This document shows, piece by piece, positions 31,315-45,185 of a stretch of 64,000 bases of DNA. Source of the DNA: Eledone cirrhosa (Eukaryota). The notes under the pieces are model-generated. The model worked only from the letters and a program-made list of their open reading frames with translations, had not been told where the DNA came from and ran no database searches. Position 1 is the first letter of the stretch. Every line of letters begins with the position of its first letter. The DNA lies in assembly GCA_964016885.1 (NCBI GenBank), contig OZ024759.1, forward strand, positions 19,034,001 to 19,098,000, in the 5' to 3' direction. Made by a program: the position numbers and the translations under genes.

Positions 31315-32294
31315 AATATATATACATATATAAATATATATACATATATAAATATATATACATATATATATATACATAAATATATATACATATATAAATA
31401 TATATACATATATATATATACATATATATATATACATATATATATATAAATATATATACATATATATATATACATATATATATATGTAGATAAATCTACC
31501 AAGAGTTTACGGTAGTGTCCAATCCGTATGAAGAACTCAATGTAATCCGGATATCATGGAAAGAAGAGATGCAATGAAAAATCACTTTTTACATATATAT
31601 ATATATAAATATATATACATATATATATATATATATAAATATATATACATATATATATATAAATATATATATATACATATATATATATATAAATATATAT
31701 ACATATATATACATATAAATATATATACATATATATACATATATACATATATATACATATATATATATAAATACATGTATAGTATATATATAAATATATT
31801 ACATATATATATATACATATATATATATACATGTATAGTATATATATAAATATATATACATATATATTTATATATATATATGTATAGTGTATATATAAAT
31901 ATATATACATATATATATACATGTATAGTATATATATAAATATATATATACATATATATATATACATGTATAGTATATATATAAATATATATACATATAT
32001 ATATACATATATTTATATATATATATGGATTGTATATATATAAATATATATACATATATATATACATGTATAGTATATATATAAATATATATATACATAT
32101 ATATATATACATATATAGTATATATATAAATATATATATACATATATATATATACATATATAGTATATATATAAATATATATATACATATATATATATAC
32201 ATATATATATATATACATATATAGTATATATATAAATATATATACATATATATATATACATATATATATATACATGTATAGTATATATATATAA

Positions 32295-32381
<87 letters not shown>

Positions 32382-32447
32382 CATATATATATAAATACAT
32401 GTATAGTATATATATAAATATATATACATATATATATATATACATAT
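31155..32447. repeat. Interrupted (TA)n arrays with ACATGTATAGT units, split by a PLE-like tail at 31486-31590
   Basis: The island is the reverse complement of ~61025-61135. Confidence 0.9.
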
Positions 32448-32741
32448 AAGGAGATAAGGAGCCGAAATACAAATAAATATTTACTGTGTTTACTTCTACA
32501 CATATTAATATTATAATGCTCAGTATTTATACTTTGAGCTTGTCAATTGCAGGGTATCTATATGAGTTAATAACTGTATATGTTATTTGTATTTCGGCTC
32601 CTTATCTGTTGAGCTTATAAAAATGAGTGTAAATAGGCTATTATTTCTAGCATATCCACTCGCACCGCATATGACTTTCAATGCTCGAGGTGTAAGCTTT
32701 AGTGAGTTTATTGTTGTGGGTGTTATGTAACATTTAATCTT

Positions 32742-32833
32742 ATCTCCTGATGACGAAATGCTTACGGATTACTTGTTACAAACACGATTCATTCAGGGCG
32801 AAACAGATTAAATCTTTAGTCTGTCCAGGAGAT
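32742..32833 (+). ncRNA. Hammerhead-like fold with a long stem III
   Basis: CTGATGA...GAAA-CAGATTAAA/TTTAGTCTG-TC; stem II weak and stem I out of register. Confidence 0.45.
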
Positions 32834-33775
32834 GAAATGGTTATTGATACGGTATGTATGAGAAATCTTGTAAGAAATCTTGTAAAATCCCATATGATTC
32901 AGATTGAATGATATATAACATTTGTGGTGTAATCTACCCTCGTAATTTTAGACACGGGTTTATGTGGAGCGTGGAGAACAATTGCACACAAAGACAAAAC
33001 CACGTAAATGGTATAACTGAAGTCGTAGACTAAAATTCTAACTAGGAAACCGAGTGATTCTCCGCTTCGGAGTTAAGAATAAAGTAAAAAAATACAGAGG
33101 TAATTGAAATTAAATAAATACATACACGCATCCAAATACGTAGATACACAAGCATACGCGAAAACAATCGCCATAGGTATACAAATACACGCACATATAA
33201 ATGTGTGTGTGTGCGTGTATACAAATAATTAAATAAACGTATATAAATAAATAAATAAATAAATACGTATATAACAAACGCACACACATACCTACATGTA
33301 AATACACAAATGTTCGGAGACGTACATCAACCAAAACACGAAGTACACATATACACACACCCTACATACGTACGAACCCGCATACTCACACAGACGCAAA
33401 ACTCACGTATACACATAACCGAAAGCATATGTACCAGAATATATAAATATACGCCATAACATATACAATCAAATATACGTACGAGAAAGTATACGTACCT
33501 TCGCAAAACATACAGGTAATATATACTTACCTATGCAAATAAGTAATGGTATAAACATAACATATACTTAGCTCCCACATCAAGACGTAAAATATCCGCG
33601 TATAGATCGTACTATCCGTTAGGGTATCGTCTTCCTGTCTTCCTCCGGTTGCAACGTTTTTTGAAATATTCAGATCGTACTATCCGTTAGGGTATCCTCT
33701 TCCTGTCTTCCTGTCTTCCTCCGGTTGCAACGTTTTTTGAAATATTCACTTCTGCGTTCACAGATTGATTTTGTT

Positions 33776-33826
33776 AGTTTCAGAAGATCCCGTTCAGGGT
33801 GAAAGCAGCGATTCTTTGCTTAAACT
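33776..33826 (+). ncRNA. Hammerhead-like fold, CAGAAGA variant
   Basis: agttt-CAGAAGA-ccc/ggg-GAAA-gca..tgc-TT-aaact. Confidence 0.55.
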
Positions 33827-33920
33827 TCTTATATATTTGATATATATTTATCCTCATCGAGCCCTCTTTGGATTTAGTCTTCAAATGTATTATTATTACT
33901 ATATATATATATATATATAC

Positions 33921-33967
<47 letters not shown>

Positions 33968-34653
33968 CATACATATATACAGATACATATATATACATAC
34001 ATATACAGAGAGAGAGAGGGGGGGGGAGAGATGGTAGATAAAGAGCGGGACAGAGCGAGATTTAAAAGGTTATGTAATTGATAGCAAGAAATTGTTCACT
34101 GATTTCGCGATATTTTTAGGTTAATAACTAGTTTAATATAGAACAAAGTTATTTTCAAAAATTCTTAGAATATTTTCAATACGGACAATTACTTGTCTTG
34201 TCTTTTGAAGATGTCTCCTTTTACCAAGAAAAATATTATTAATCATTTTTATGGTATTAATATTTTACATTTTATTTATTTTATTAAATAAGTGTCGTAA
34301 TTCCAGATCATAATTATAGGTAATCATGTGTGTGATGTTGCAAATATAATGAACATGCATACTAAATAGTCTGACGTTTACGCTTAATTAAAGTGAATAC
34401 CACTACCACTACGCTTTGCGGAACTGTATCACTTAAATCAGTTTACTTTTACGTCATTAATTAGTTTTCCTGTGCGTTAAGTAATTCTGTAATTGGTGTG
34501 ACTAATCAATGCTGCCGTGTAAAACTTTTGTTTTGTCTGAAGCAACATGAACTAATATAAACTAACTTAGGTATTTACATTTCTCTCTAATATGGTTTCA
34601 CATATCCCGTGCTATTGTAAATTATGTAATAATAATAATAATAATAATAATAT

Positions 34654-34844
34654 TAATAATTGTTTCTACTTTAAGCACAAGGCCAGCAATTACCCAGTGC
34701 ATTACTGGTACTTTATTTTATCGACCCCGTAAGGATGAAAGGCAAAGTCAATATCAGCGGGATTTGAACTCAGATCGTAAAGGGACGTAACTATGCTGCA
34801 AAGCATGGTGTCTGACCCTCTACCGATACTGCAAATCCACCGCC
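34654..34844 (-). mobile_element. SINE, full length, in (AAT)n
   Basis: Family sequence; flanks repeat ataataatattaataat. Confidence 0.9.
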
Positions 34845-34879
34845 CTGATAATAATATTAATAATAATAATGATAATGCT

Positions 34880-35270
34880 TTCTTTATTAACCACAAGGGT
34901 TTACATAAAGTAGACATTAAGGACAGTACAGGACAATACAGGACGGTACAAATGAGCATTTCTGCGTGTAAAAAAAAAAAAAACAGAGGATGTAACAAAA
35001 AAAAATAACAATGAAAAATTCCCCAATAGAGGGGAGACTTCCGAGGGATATTTGTGGAGAAAGCCCATTAAAAGACCACAGTGACCCTGACCACCAGGGC
35101 AAGTGCCCTCTCCCAGTTTTCCACCTTTAATTTACAGACACATACTCAGCGTAGGTCCATTCACTCGGGCCATACTTGTTTCTCTCACCCACCTTTCAAC
35201 AAAATGCTGGGAAGAGAGCACTTCCCTCTCTACCCTGATTTTCCTTTTCAAATGAAATTTGAAATAGTGC
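34880..35270 (-). mobile_element. Tx1/L1-like LINE 3' end
   Basis: Minus ORF end YFKFHLKRKIRVEREVLSSQHFVERW...; AATAAAG near the 3' end followed by (ATT)n. Confidence 0.5.
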
Positions 35271-35334
35271 TGAGACACTACTTCTCTCATGGAAGCCTGC
35301 ACAGCGCACTCTACATGTGAGTAGGACCCCACAG

Positions 35335-35525
35335 AAGCAGATGGAGGAGTTCAAGTAACTTGGAACCGTGTTCACGAGTAACGGAAGGCAGAATGCTGAA
35401 TTAAGTGCAAGAATTGAAGGAGCTGTTGCAGTAATGCGCCAGCTTCAGAATTCGGTAATCAGAGGAAGGGAGCCAAACTCGTGATTTTCAATTCGGTATT
35501 CATACCAACCCTATGGTCATGAATC
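35335..35525 (+). mobile_element. Decayed RTE reverse-transcriptase/thumb fragment
   Basis: KQMEEFK*LGTVFTSNGRQNAELSARI..A..VMRQL...KLVIFNSVFIPTL/YGHES with a stop and frameshifts. Confidence 0.75.
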
Positions 35526-35689
35526 AACAGAAAGTTTATAACACAGACAGACAGATAGATGGATAGATAGGTAGATAGATAGATAGATTTCTTTATTAGC
35601 CACAAGGACGCAGGTAGATAGATAGGTAGATAAATAGACAGGTGTATAGATAAATAGATAGGTAGATAGATATCTTTATTTATTTATTA

Positions 35690-35691
35690 TG

Positions 35692-35790
<99 letters not shown>
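35690..35790. repeat. (GATA)n microsatellite
   Basis: Directly visible. Confidence 0.97.
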
Positions 35791-37049
35791 GCAGATGTGT
35801 GGGAGGGGGCATGTTGGCTCATCCTCAGAATTAAATTACTGAATGTACTAAATGTAAAGAAACGTGTATGTCTGTGATTCAGTCAGACATTTCTATTTAA
35901 GGATTAGTCAACGATAATCATCCAACTGATAGTCTTATTCTGTCGAGGCTTCTACAATCTCTGCTGGAAGGATTCTAACAGAGACAGAATTCAGAAAGTT
36001 TGCTTATCTGAAAGGATCAAATTATCAATCTAATATAGTAATTGCATTGTGAGAAAGAATGTCTATAGATTTACAGATAAGAAGTAAAGGATTTCTATCG
36101 GAAAGAAGAAAAGAAAACAGGAAAAAAAAAAAAAGATGACCAGGAACTTTAGAAAAAAAAATCTGTTTACCTGATGTCATTTATCATTAATTATCTTGGA
36201 ATAATCTGTATCAATTACCTTATGTCAAATTTAATTAAAAGTTTGCTGTTGGTTATTTGGTTCTGACAGAAAATTGTTATGAAATATTGTTAGTTAATGA
36301 TGTAATTAAAGATATATTTTGCGGAATTTATATATTATCTCTTGCTTACGACATTAACGTATTGTTAATTGTATCATTTTGTTTAATTTCGACGAGATAG
36401 AAAAATGGTTGTGACGCCCATTTAACATCAACAACATGTATGTTGATAGTTTTAACATATATATATATATATATATTTAGCGAGAATCGTATTTCGGCGA
36501 GTAGAAATTAGCGAAACGCAACTTCTGATTTGTGTTGGCAAGCGCTCAATGGATACGAAGATACCAGAGCAATAAACATAAGTTTAAAAGGCCATACAAA
36601 CTGAGACGATGGTTAAGAAGCCATTAAACACCTAAGCCAAAAAAGCGAGCAAGCTAAGCGGGTCAAACAAAATAAGATAATAGATATATAGATATATAGA
36701 TATAGATATATATATTATGTAGAGTACTATAATAAAAACAGAAACATATGTTAAAGCAAATAAATTCTTTCTCTCTTTTCTCTTCGAAGTCTATATTTTT
36801 CTTGGTGTAATACTTGCTTATATATATATATATATAATAGTTTAGATGAGTTGATAACACAACCATATAAAGGCAAAGAATAATTCAAAGCTCAAATGTG
36901 ATTTTATAGTCCACAGTAAGATATATAAAAGACAGTTCAAAGTTTAATCCAATCGGGACACTCCCAATCATGGGAGTGTTACAATATCACAAAGCATATA
37001 TGAAATGAATAAAAATAACCAGGATTAAATAGCATTAAATTATTTAATG

Positions 37050-37116
37050 GATTTACGAACGTTTCTATCAATACAGTAAGAAAATACATGTGTGCTGTAT
37101 TGATTTCTTCTGAATC
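37050..37116 (-). ncRNA. Minimal hammerhead (CAGAAGA copy), left arm of a palindrome
   Basis: Minus: GATT-CAGAAGA-atcaatacag/ctgtattgat-GAAA-CGTTCG-TA-AATC. Confidence 0.62.
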
Positions 37117-37208
37117 TATTAAACAACAAAAATAACATAAACCTTTTCGGAATCAAGATTTTCGGAGATGTGGTCAGGAAATAATTATATTATTTATATT
37201 GTTTAATA

Positions 37209-37275
37209 GATTCTGAAGAAATCAATACAGAAGAAATGTATTTTCCTACTGTATTGATAGAAAAGTTCGTAAATC
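37209..37275 (+). ncRNA. Minimal hammerhead, right arm of a palindrome
   Basis: GATT-CTGAAGA-atcaatacag/ctgtattgat-GAAA-agttcg-TA-AATC. Confidence 0.7.
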
Positions 37276-37399
37276 TTTTAAATAATTTAATGTAATATAA
37301 CTCTGGTTATTTTTGCTCATTATATATGACATGCCTATTTTAAGTTGACCGTATGAGGTCTATTTTGGTGGGTATGTTTCTATCGTACATCAAATATTA

Positions 37400-37459
37400 T
37401 ATTTTATCTGATGAAAGCATACTTTAAATTAGTATCCTAGAAATATATATAATGAAATA
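37400..37459 (+). ncRNA. Minimal hammerhead ribozyme
   Basis: tattttat-CTGATGA-..atact/agtat..-GAAA-TATATA-TA-atgaaata; 8-bp stem I with one G-U. Confidence 0.72.
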
Positions 37460-37817
37460 AATATGATGCTAAAGGGATATATTTTCCATTTATTACTATT
37501 ATTATATGTGTGTGTGTGGCGGGGAGTGTAGATCACGAGTTAAATCGGGAATAACCACAGTAAATAAGGTACTCAATACATAAATAGTGTAAAAACAACT
37601 AAAATTTAACATAGAAATGGCTTCTACAGGACTATAACTGTTTCATTCGTATGAAATCATCGAGATTCCTGATATAGTTTAAGATTGTAAAAGACAAACA
37701 GAGAAATACAATTGAACAGCTTTATTAGTGTCACGCTTGTTGGAAAAGGAATGCCTCAATGTATTGGACAATAAGTTTTCGTGAGGAGGAGTTCAGTTGA
37801 GAGAGAGAAAGATGTAT

Positions 37818-37948
<131 letters not shown>

Positions 37949-38436
37949 TGCGTGCGTGTGTGCGTGTGCGTGTGCGTGTGTGTGTGTGTATATATATGTA
38001 TGTATATATATATATATAACGAGGGGACAGCCATCATATATGTATATAAGTTCAGTTAAAATCGAGGAACAACAGACAACACTAATGTATGGTAACAGAG
38101 GTGTTAATATAGCACTTTAAAGAAGATATTATAAATGTTTTTAACGTTTCGAACGCTAATCTGTTATCTGGACGGAAGGGAAACATAAAGAAAAGTAAGG
38201 ATTTTTATCGGAAAGAGGAAAAAAGTAAAAAATAAAAAAATAAGAAAGAAAGAAAATACAGATGGAAAAAAAAGAAGAGAGAAATATATGTTCATTACTA
38301 AATTCTATTCCTATAACAACTGAATATATTGTTACTAACTCCCTTCATTTCTCAGCATATAAATAATATAATACTCTGGTAGAGCTTTAGGTTATCCACA
38401 CAAAAATTATAGGTTACTATGATAGCTTTCGATGAT

Positions 38437-38621
38437 GGATTGGCAGTATCGGTAGAGGGTCGGACGCCATGCTTTCCAGCATTGAGTTACGGCCCTTGCC
38501 ATTCTGAATTCAAATCCCGTCGAGGTTAACTTTGCCTTTCATCCTTACGGGGTCGATAAAATAAAGTACCAGTCATGCACTGGGTAATTGCTGGCCTTGT
38601 GCCAAAAGTAGAAACAATTAT
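38437..38621 (+). mobile_element. SINE, full length
   Basis: Family sequence. Confidence 0.9.
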
Positions 38622-38634
38622 ATATATAAAATAT

Positions 38635-38851
38635 ATAGGAACGAGTAGGACCCCGACGGCTGAGCTCAAGCCGTTTCGACGGCTAATTCTGGACTAAATG
38701 ACATTTTTTTTTTAGTCGAGAATTAGCCGTCGAAACGGCTTGAGCTCAGCCGTCGGGGTCCTACTCGTTCCTATTACCCACTCTACTACCCTAAGTATTG
38801 AGTACTTTGGTGCGTCATGGTCCATCTGGTTCCTTACCACATTTCCTTCGT

Positions 38852-38852
<1 letters not shown>
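38635..38852 (+). mobile_element. PLE-like family A fragment folded back inside HHR stem II
   Basis: Near-perfect palindrome 38635-38774, then the tail ending ttccttcgtt-(AT)n. Confidence 0.8.
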
Positions 38853-38898
<46 letters not shown>

Positions 38899-39104
38899 GA
38901 ATGTAGAATGTATGAATTTTTCTGTGTATCTATGTATGCATGTATGTATTTGTGTGTATGCACGCGTGTGTTTATTTCTATGCATATATGTAGTCATGTA
39001 TGTACGTGTGTATGCATATGTAGACACGTATGTGTATGTGTAGGCATGTATGTACGTATATATGAATATGTAAGCATGTATGTACGTGTGTATACATATG
39101 TATA

Positions 39105-39335
39105 AATGTATATCTATATGCATATGTATGCATGTATGTACGTGTGTATGCATAGGTAGGTATGTATGTACATGTATATGCATATGTAGGCATGTATGTA
39201 CGTTTCTATGCATATGTAGGCATGTATGTACATGTATATGCATATGTATGCATGTATGTACGTGTGTATGCATATGTAGGCATGTATGTACATGTATATG
39301 CCTATGTATGCATTTATGTACATGTATATGAATAC
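39105..39335. repeat. 30-bp minisatellite (catatgtaggcatgtatgtacatgtatatg)
   Basis: About 7 tandem units. Confidence 0.85.
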
Positions 39336-39824
39336 TTGTATGTAAGCGTACATACATATATTGGAATGTATGTATGTATGTATACATTTTTGTATATACG
39401 TAGGTGTGTATATTTCTATGTATATATATATTTATGCATGTGTGGTTGCATATGTAGGCATGTGTGTACATACCGTTATATGATACATAACGGCAAATGC
39501 TGCATATATCCTCTTTATTCATAATTGTTTCTACTTTAGGCACAAGGCCAGCAATTACCCAGTGTATTACTGGTACTTTACACTTTATTCATAATGTTTG
39601 CTTCTCCTCTCGTTTTCCACCGGCTCGCTTTGTTTATTTCATTCTTCCTATAATTCGCTTCTTTCGTATTTTTTCCATTTTGTGTACAAGAAACACAAAT
39701 AAACAAAACAAACAAACAAACAGACAAACAAACAGACAAACAGACAGACAAACAGACAAACAAACAGACAGACAGACAAAGGATACGGATATCCTCTCAT
39801 TTTGTCGACGATGTAGCAATGCAG

Positions 39825-40066
39825 ATATTTCATATAATAAACCTTTATTTCCTTTTTTTTTTCAAGTATTCGTTGTACTAAACGGAAATTCGATGCCTTA
39901 ACCAAGTTCCTTTATAAACACCTGTATTCGACGTTATTCTCCAGCAGATATTTCATATAAAAAACCTTTATTTCCTTTTTTTTTTAAGTATTCGTTGTAC
40001 TAAACGGAAATTCGATGACTTAACCAAGTTCCTCTATAAACACCTGTATCCGACGTTATTCTCCAA
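39825..40066. repeat. ~121-bp direct tandem duplication
   Basis: gcagatatttcatataa...cgacgttattctcca present twice. Confidence 0.9.
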
Positions 40067-40943
40067 TTTAGTTTGACTCAACGGAATCGAATTATCCGTG
40101 ATCATTATTCTTGCTCTTCTTTAGCATCAAATTGAACATAATGAATATTATCATTGCGTGTTCTTCTACATCACGAAGTTAAGTTATGGATATTTCAACG
40201 TTGTGTAATGTAGTTCGTGCTTACAGCACTTCAATTTGATTTATATTATCAGTATTTTTTTTCCACACATTTATATTTAGATTTATTTTACTCTTTGCTG
40301 TCATGATATTACCTAGTGCAAAGCATTGTGCCTCGGGGTTTATATGCAATGTTTATTATATTTCATATTATATTATATTATTTTGCTCTATATAAAAATA
40401 CACTCCGTAATATTTGTATACTGGCGATTGTTGATGTTTTCTCTGTGTATGTGTGTATACTTCCGGGACCAGTAAAATAAACTAGCTGAGAAGTACTAGG
40501 GTATTTTTAATTGAATATGCCCCTCCCCACCACCAGCATGACCACCGAAAACATGTTTTGTGCATACAATAAGGAACAACACTATTAGTATTATTCTGAC
40601 TATTATTCGTACTGTTTTCACTTCAGTGATGTCCCTTTGATGTAAATCCCACTTTCTGTTGTTTTCTGTTGTCTTTGTATTTGCATTGTCCCAAATGTAC
40701 TGTGCCCATGTAGCTAATAAAAGATATTATTTTTAGTAATAGTAGTAGTAGTTGTTGTTTTATTCACTGCGGATCTAGTCGGATCTATTTTTGACAGGCT
40801 CCTCAGAGCGAAATATTCTCGACGGTTTAACTGCATAGGATCTTTTATTTTTATTCAATTTATTCACATACAGAAAACATTGAGAATCTAAAAGCCTGGA
40901 ATTTGGTAGATGTAACTGCAGAATGCCGTCATCTGTGCGCGCG

Positions 40944-41014
<71 letters not shown>

Positions 41015-41396
41015 AGAGAGCTCAGCCGTCGTAGTCTTGACTCTTCTCCTATATATATATATATATACGCTATGTTGTCCTGGCCCCCGATTAGATGCCA
41101 GTTTTGAAAAGGTTACTCCACTACACAATGGTAGTCATGATTTGACCCCGAAACCTTCAGTCGCACATACATGTCAAGTGTATGAAATATTCATTATATA
41201 CTATATATGTGTGTGTACTTGCAATTCAACGAGGCATATTGACATACACTGTCTCATGCTGAATCACCCTGATAATTACGTTATGGGTGCACGAGACTAT
41301 GGAACACCCGTCCATCTAGACGTTAAGTTTTTGAGTAAGCTCCAAAGAACGTTGTTCAAATAACTAGAACACCCGGCGTTGCAACCGACGGAGATC

Positions 41397-41468
<72 letters not shown>

Positions 41469-41521
41469 CAGGAAAGAAGAGTGACACGGTTTGCTATACA
41501 AAAAAGGTTTTTAATCTCATT

Positions 41522-41627
41522 GCTGACAATTGTTTCTCTGAACTGGTAGGTCTAGAGATCGCTATCCGCTTATTTTCGCGTTACTCGATCGCCAATACAA
41601 AATTATAACCAGGCAGTTCATCGGAGC
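41522..41627 (-). ncRNA. Minimal hammerhead, CCGATGA (U4C) core, long stem II
   Basis: Minus: GCT-CCGATGA-ctg.ctggt...accag..cag-a-GAAA-CAATTG-TC-AGC. Confidence 0.6.
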
Positions 41628-41660
41628 TTGCGAGAATGAAGAGAATATACAGGCATGAAA

Positions 41661-42047
41661 AGAATATACTATATGTAGTAGTAATGGCATTCAGTTAGAA
41701 CAATAACAACAATATCAACAATGCTACCAATAAATTATTTGAAATAATCACAACATCAATCTAGGTGGGAAGTATAGTATATCTATCATTTTAGCTTGTA
41801 AAACTAGCTGACATGAGGCAGATGTATAAAATTGACATGTAAAAACTGCCGTAGGGTGTATTATATACATCTGTATTTTTATACATCTGCCTCATGTCAG
41901 CTAGTTTTACAAGCTAAAATCATAGATATACAATACTTCCCACCTAGACTGATGTTGTGATTATTTCAAATAATTTATTGCTAGCATTGTTGATATTGTT
42001 GTTATTGTTCTAACGGAATGCCATTACTACTACATATAGTATATTCT
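41661..42047. repeat. Palindrome with ~170-bp arms
   Basis: agaatatactatatgtag...gcagatgtataaaa / ttttatacatctgcc...ctacatatagtatattct. Confidence 0.92.
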
Positions 42048-42070
42048 ATTATTTGTTACCCCGTAACTAG

Positions 42071-42260
42071 GGCAGTGGATTGGCAGTATCAGTAGAGGGT
42101 CGGACGCCATGCTTTCCAGCATAGTTACGTCCCTTTACGATCCGAGTTCAAATCCCGCCGAGGTTGACTTTGCCTTTCATCCTTACGGGGTCGATAAAAT
42201 AAAGTACCAGTAATGCACTGGATAATTGCTGGCCTTGTGCCTAACGTAGAAACAATTATT
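42071..42260 (+). mobile_element. SINE, full length, with TSD
   Basis: attatttgttacc at ~42048 and ~42256. Confidence 0.9.
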
Positions 42261-42581
42261 TGTTACCGCGTATATATATATATATATATATATATATAAC
42301 GAAGGAAATGTGGTAAGGAACCAGGTGAACAATAACGCACCAAAGTACTCAATACTTAGGGTAGTAGAGTGGGTAATAGGAACTACTCGTAGTAGAGTGG
42401 GTAATAGGAACTACTCGTAGTAGAGTGGGTAATAGGAACTACTCGTTCCTATTATATATATATATATATATATTGAGGGCGACCGACTAAAGTAGAAGAT
42501 GCTAGATGGTCGGTCGTCCTCTTGTCTATGATTTTCAGCCCCATGGATTTTATCTGTTACATTCATTTATTATATTTCGAA

Positions 42582-42637
42582 TACCTGATGATATCACCGG
42601 ATTCATACGGAACCCGGTCATTGAAATAATCATAGTA
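42582..42637 (+). ncRNA. Minimal hammerhead ribozyme
   Basis: TAC-CTGATGA-..accgg..ccggt..-GAAA-taatca-TA-GTA. Confidence 0.7.
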
Positions 42638-42832
42638 AAATAAACCTTTCAAGGATTTACACAAGTCCAGCCTCCTGTTACTTTATTATAATAATTAACT
42701 TCGTACTCGGACTACCAACTACACAAACGAAGACGGGTGAGCTGCTTTACGTTGAGTGCTCTCCATAATATTACATCAAGATTGACTATACGGAATGACC
42801 AGTTCCATCCAGTGGTGAACCAACAAACCTAA

Positions 42833-42873
<41 letters not shown>

Positions 42874-43074
42874 ACTCTTTTACCTGTTCGATCCATCCGC
42901 TAGTTATATGTGGATTTGAGCCAGAATATTAATTAAAATAAATAATAAAATAAATTTCTAAATATGCCAATTTCCGATACTTTTTATTCAGTTATCGATT
43001 AACAAATCGTTAAATATTGTCTTCATTTTCTTGTTTGTTTTACTTTTTTCTTTTTTAACATAAATTACACGATA

Positions 43075-43720
43075 ATAATTTTTTCTACTTTTTGGCACAA
43101 GGCCAGCAATTATCCCAGTGCATTACTGGTACTTTATTTTAACGACCCCGTAAGGATGAAAGGCAAAGCTCACCTCGACGAAATTTGAATTCAGGACATA
43201 AAGAGCCATAACTCTATGCCGCTAAGAATGTTGTCCAGAGCTCTACCGATTCTGCCAATCCACCGCACGAGGCCAACAATTTAGTGAGAGAGGAAAGACG
43301 ATTATATTAACCCTAGTACATTACTGGTGCTTTATTTTCTTGACACCATAAGGATGAAAGGCAAAGTTAACCTCGGCGGGATTTTAACTCAGATTATAAA
43401 GGGCCGTAACTCTATGCTACAAAGTATGGCGTCCGACGCTCTACCGATACTGCCAATCTACCACTCTAACTGCCCTGTAATAATTGTTTCTACTTTTGGC
43501 GCAAGGCCAGCAATTGTCCCAGTGCATTACTGGTAGTTTATTTTATCGACCCCGTAAGGATTAAAGACCAAGTTAACATCGGCGGGATTTGAACTCAGAC
43601 CGTAAAGGGACGTAACTCTATGCTATGCTGGAATGGAAAGCATGGCGTCCGACCCTCTACCGATACTGCCAAAGATCAGCAATTTGGAGGAAAGGGTGAA
43701 ATGAATTATATTGACCCCCA
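43075..43720 (-). mobile_element. Three tandem SINE copies plus a tail fragment
   Basis: Family sequence at ~43075, ~43270 and ~43478. Confidence 0.85.
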
Positions 43721-43919
43721 GTAATTGACTGATAGGCTGCAATTGGCAGAGTCGTTAGAGCGTCGGAGAGAATGCTCTGTAATATACATTCCTGCTCTCT
43801 GCGTGGGAGACTGCTGCTATCTAGGAACGATCGACTTTCGTCAAATCGGACCGAGGGAACAATGTTTCCGTTGGTCTTTCCAATTGCTAATACTATCTAT
43901 CGGTCGCAACTCCAGGTAG

Positions 43920-44040
43920 AAGGAGCAACGTGAAATAAAGTGTCTTGCTCAAGGACATAACGCATCGCCTGGTCCAGGGATCGAACTCACAACCTTACGA
44001 TTGCGAATCCAATTCTCTAACCACTCAGCCACACGCCTTC
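43920..44040 (-). mobile_element. tRNA-derived CORE-like SINE 5' part, nested in an older SINE
   Basis: Minus TGGCTGAGTGGTTAGAG A-box and GAGTTCGATCCC B-box. Confidence 0.75.
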
Positions 44041-44723
44041 ACTGCTATATCACAAAAAAAACATGGTCTTTTACATTCTGAGTTCAAAGCCCGCCGAGAT
44101 CAACGGTGCTTTACATCCTTTCAGGGTCGATAAAATAAAGTACCAGTTAAATACTGGTGTCAATATAATCAAATTTCTCCTTCATCAAAATTGCTGGCCT
44201 TCTGCCAAAATTAGAAGAGAGAATTATTACGATTCTTTTCGTTTTGGTTCTATTTGTCTGTCTTTTATATTTTTCATCTTATTATAATTCAGTTAAATTA
44301 TATATATTTATTTTTGTCTCTTTCTATTCCTTTATGCGATAAACCGTTTCCTAATGCCATCTTAAGATACTAATGCTTTGTCCTTCCATTCCATGAAACC
44401 GGAGATCATATCTGTGGAAACAGAAATACATTGAATTCCGATATATTCCGAGTCACATGTAGTATAGATTATTTTGAGCTAAGCCATATTATATAATAGC
44501 TTGTTAAGGGTCTCAGGTACGCAATCAATACAGTCGGAAACATTTCCATTAACTGATATAATAAACTAAAAATCAAAACTCTGTGTATGTGTGCGCGCGC
44601 GCATGTGTGTGTATGTGTGTGTGTGTCTTTTTTTTAAAAGCTGGTACAGTGCAATACAAAATACGAAGGCCAAATGATGTTAAATTGAACAAAGTAAAGT
44701 AATGTTTTAATCAGTGTATTATG

Positions 44724-44762
44724 GCATGATATTTCAGGGATGAAACCCTCTTTTTCAGATGC
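44724..44762 (-). ncRNA. Very compact hammerhead-like fold
   Basis: Minus: GCAT-CTGAAAA-aggg/ccct-GAAA-TA-TC-ATGC; non-canonical core. Confidence 0.4.
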
Positions 44763-45121
44763 GTGGCTGAAACAATCTTAGATGAAACAAACGAACGATT
44801 TGATTTTTTTTTTCTGCAACAGAAATATATATTAGATAGTCGGAGCCTGGTGGCTGAGCTCTTAACGATTCAACATGAAATTCCAGACTAGAGATTTTTC
44901 TCTCTGCTGTGAGTAAGCCGTCACATCAGGGGCGTGGTCTAAGATGATTGACGTGTGGATCAAAATGGAGAAAGTATAAGAGGGGCTGTGGTAAAGTAGT
45001 CAAGAAAAGGTTAATGACCCTTCTCTGCGAATAATGGGTCTTGCTAGTTTAAACTAATAAAATCCTAATATATATATGTATGTATATATGTATTATGTAG
45101 GCATATGTGTATTATGTAGGC

Positions 45122-45153
<32 letters not shown>

Positions 45154-45185
45154 ATGTTTATATATATATAAACATACATACATAC

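Noticed and set aside
38140-38176. Minus-strand GAAACGTT hammerhead-like half
   Set aside because: The CUGANGA box and stems are too degenerate to support
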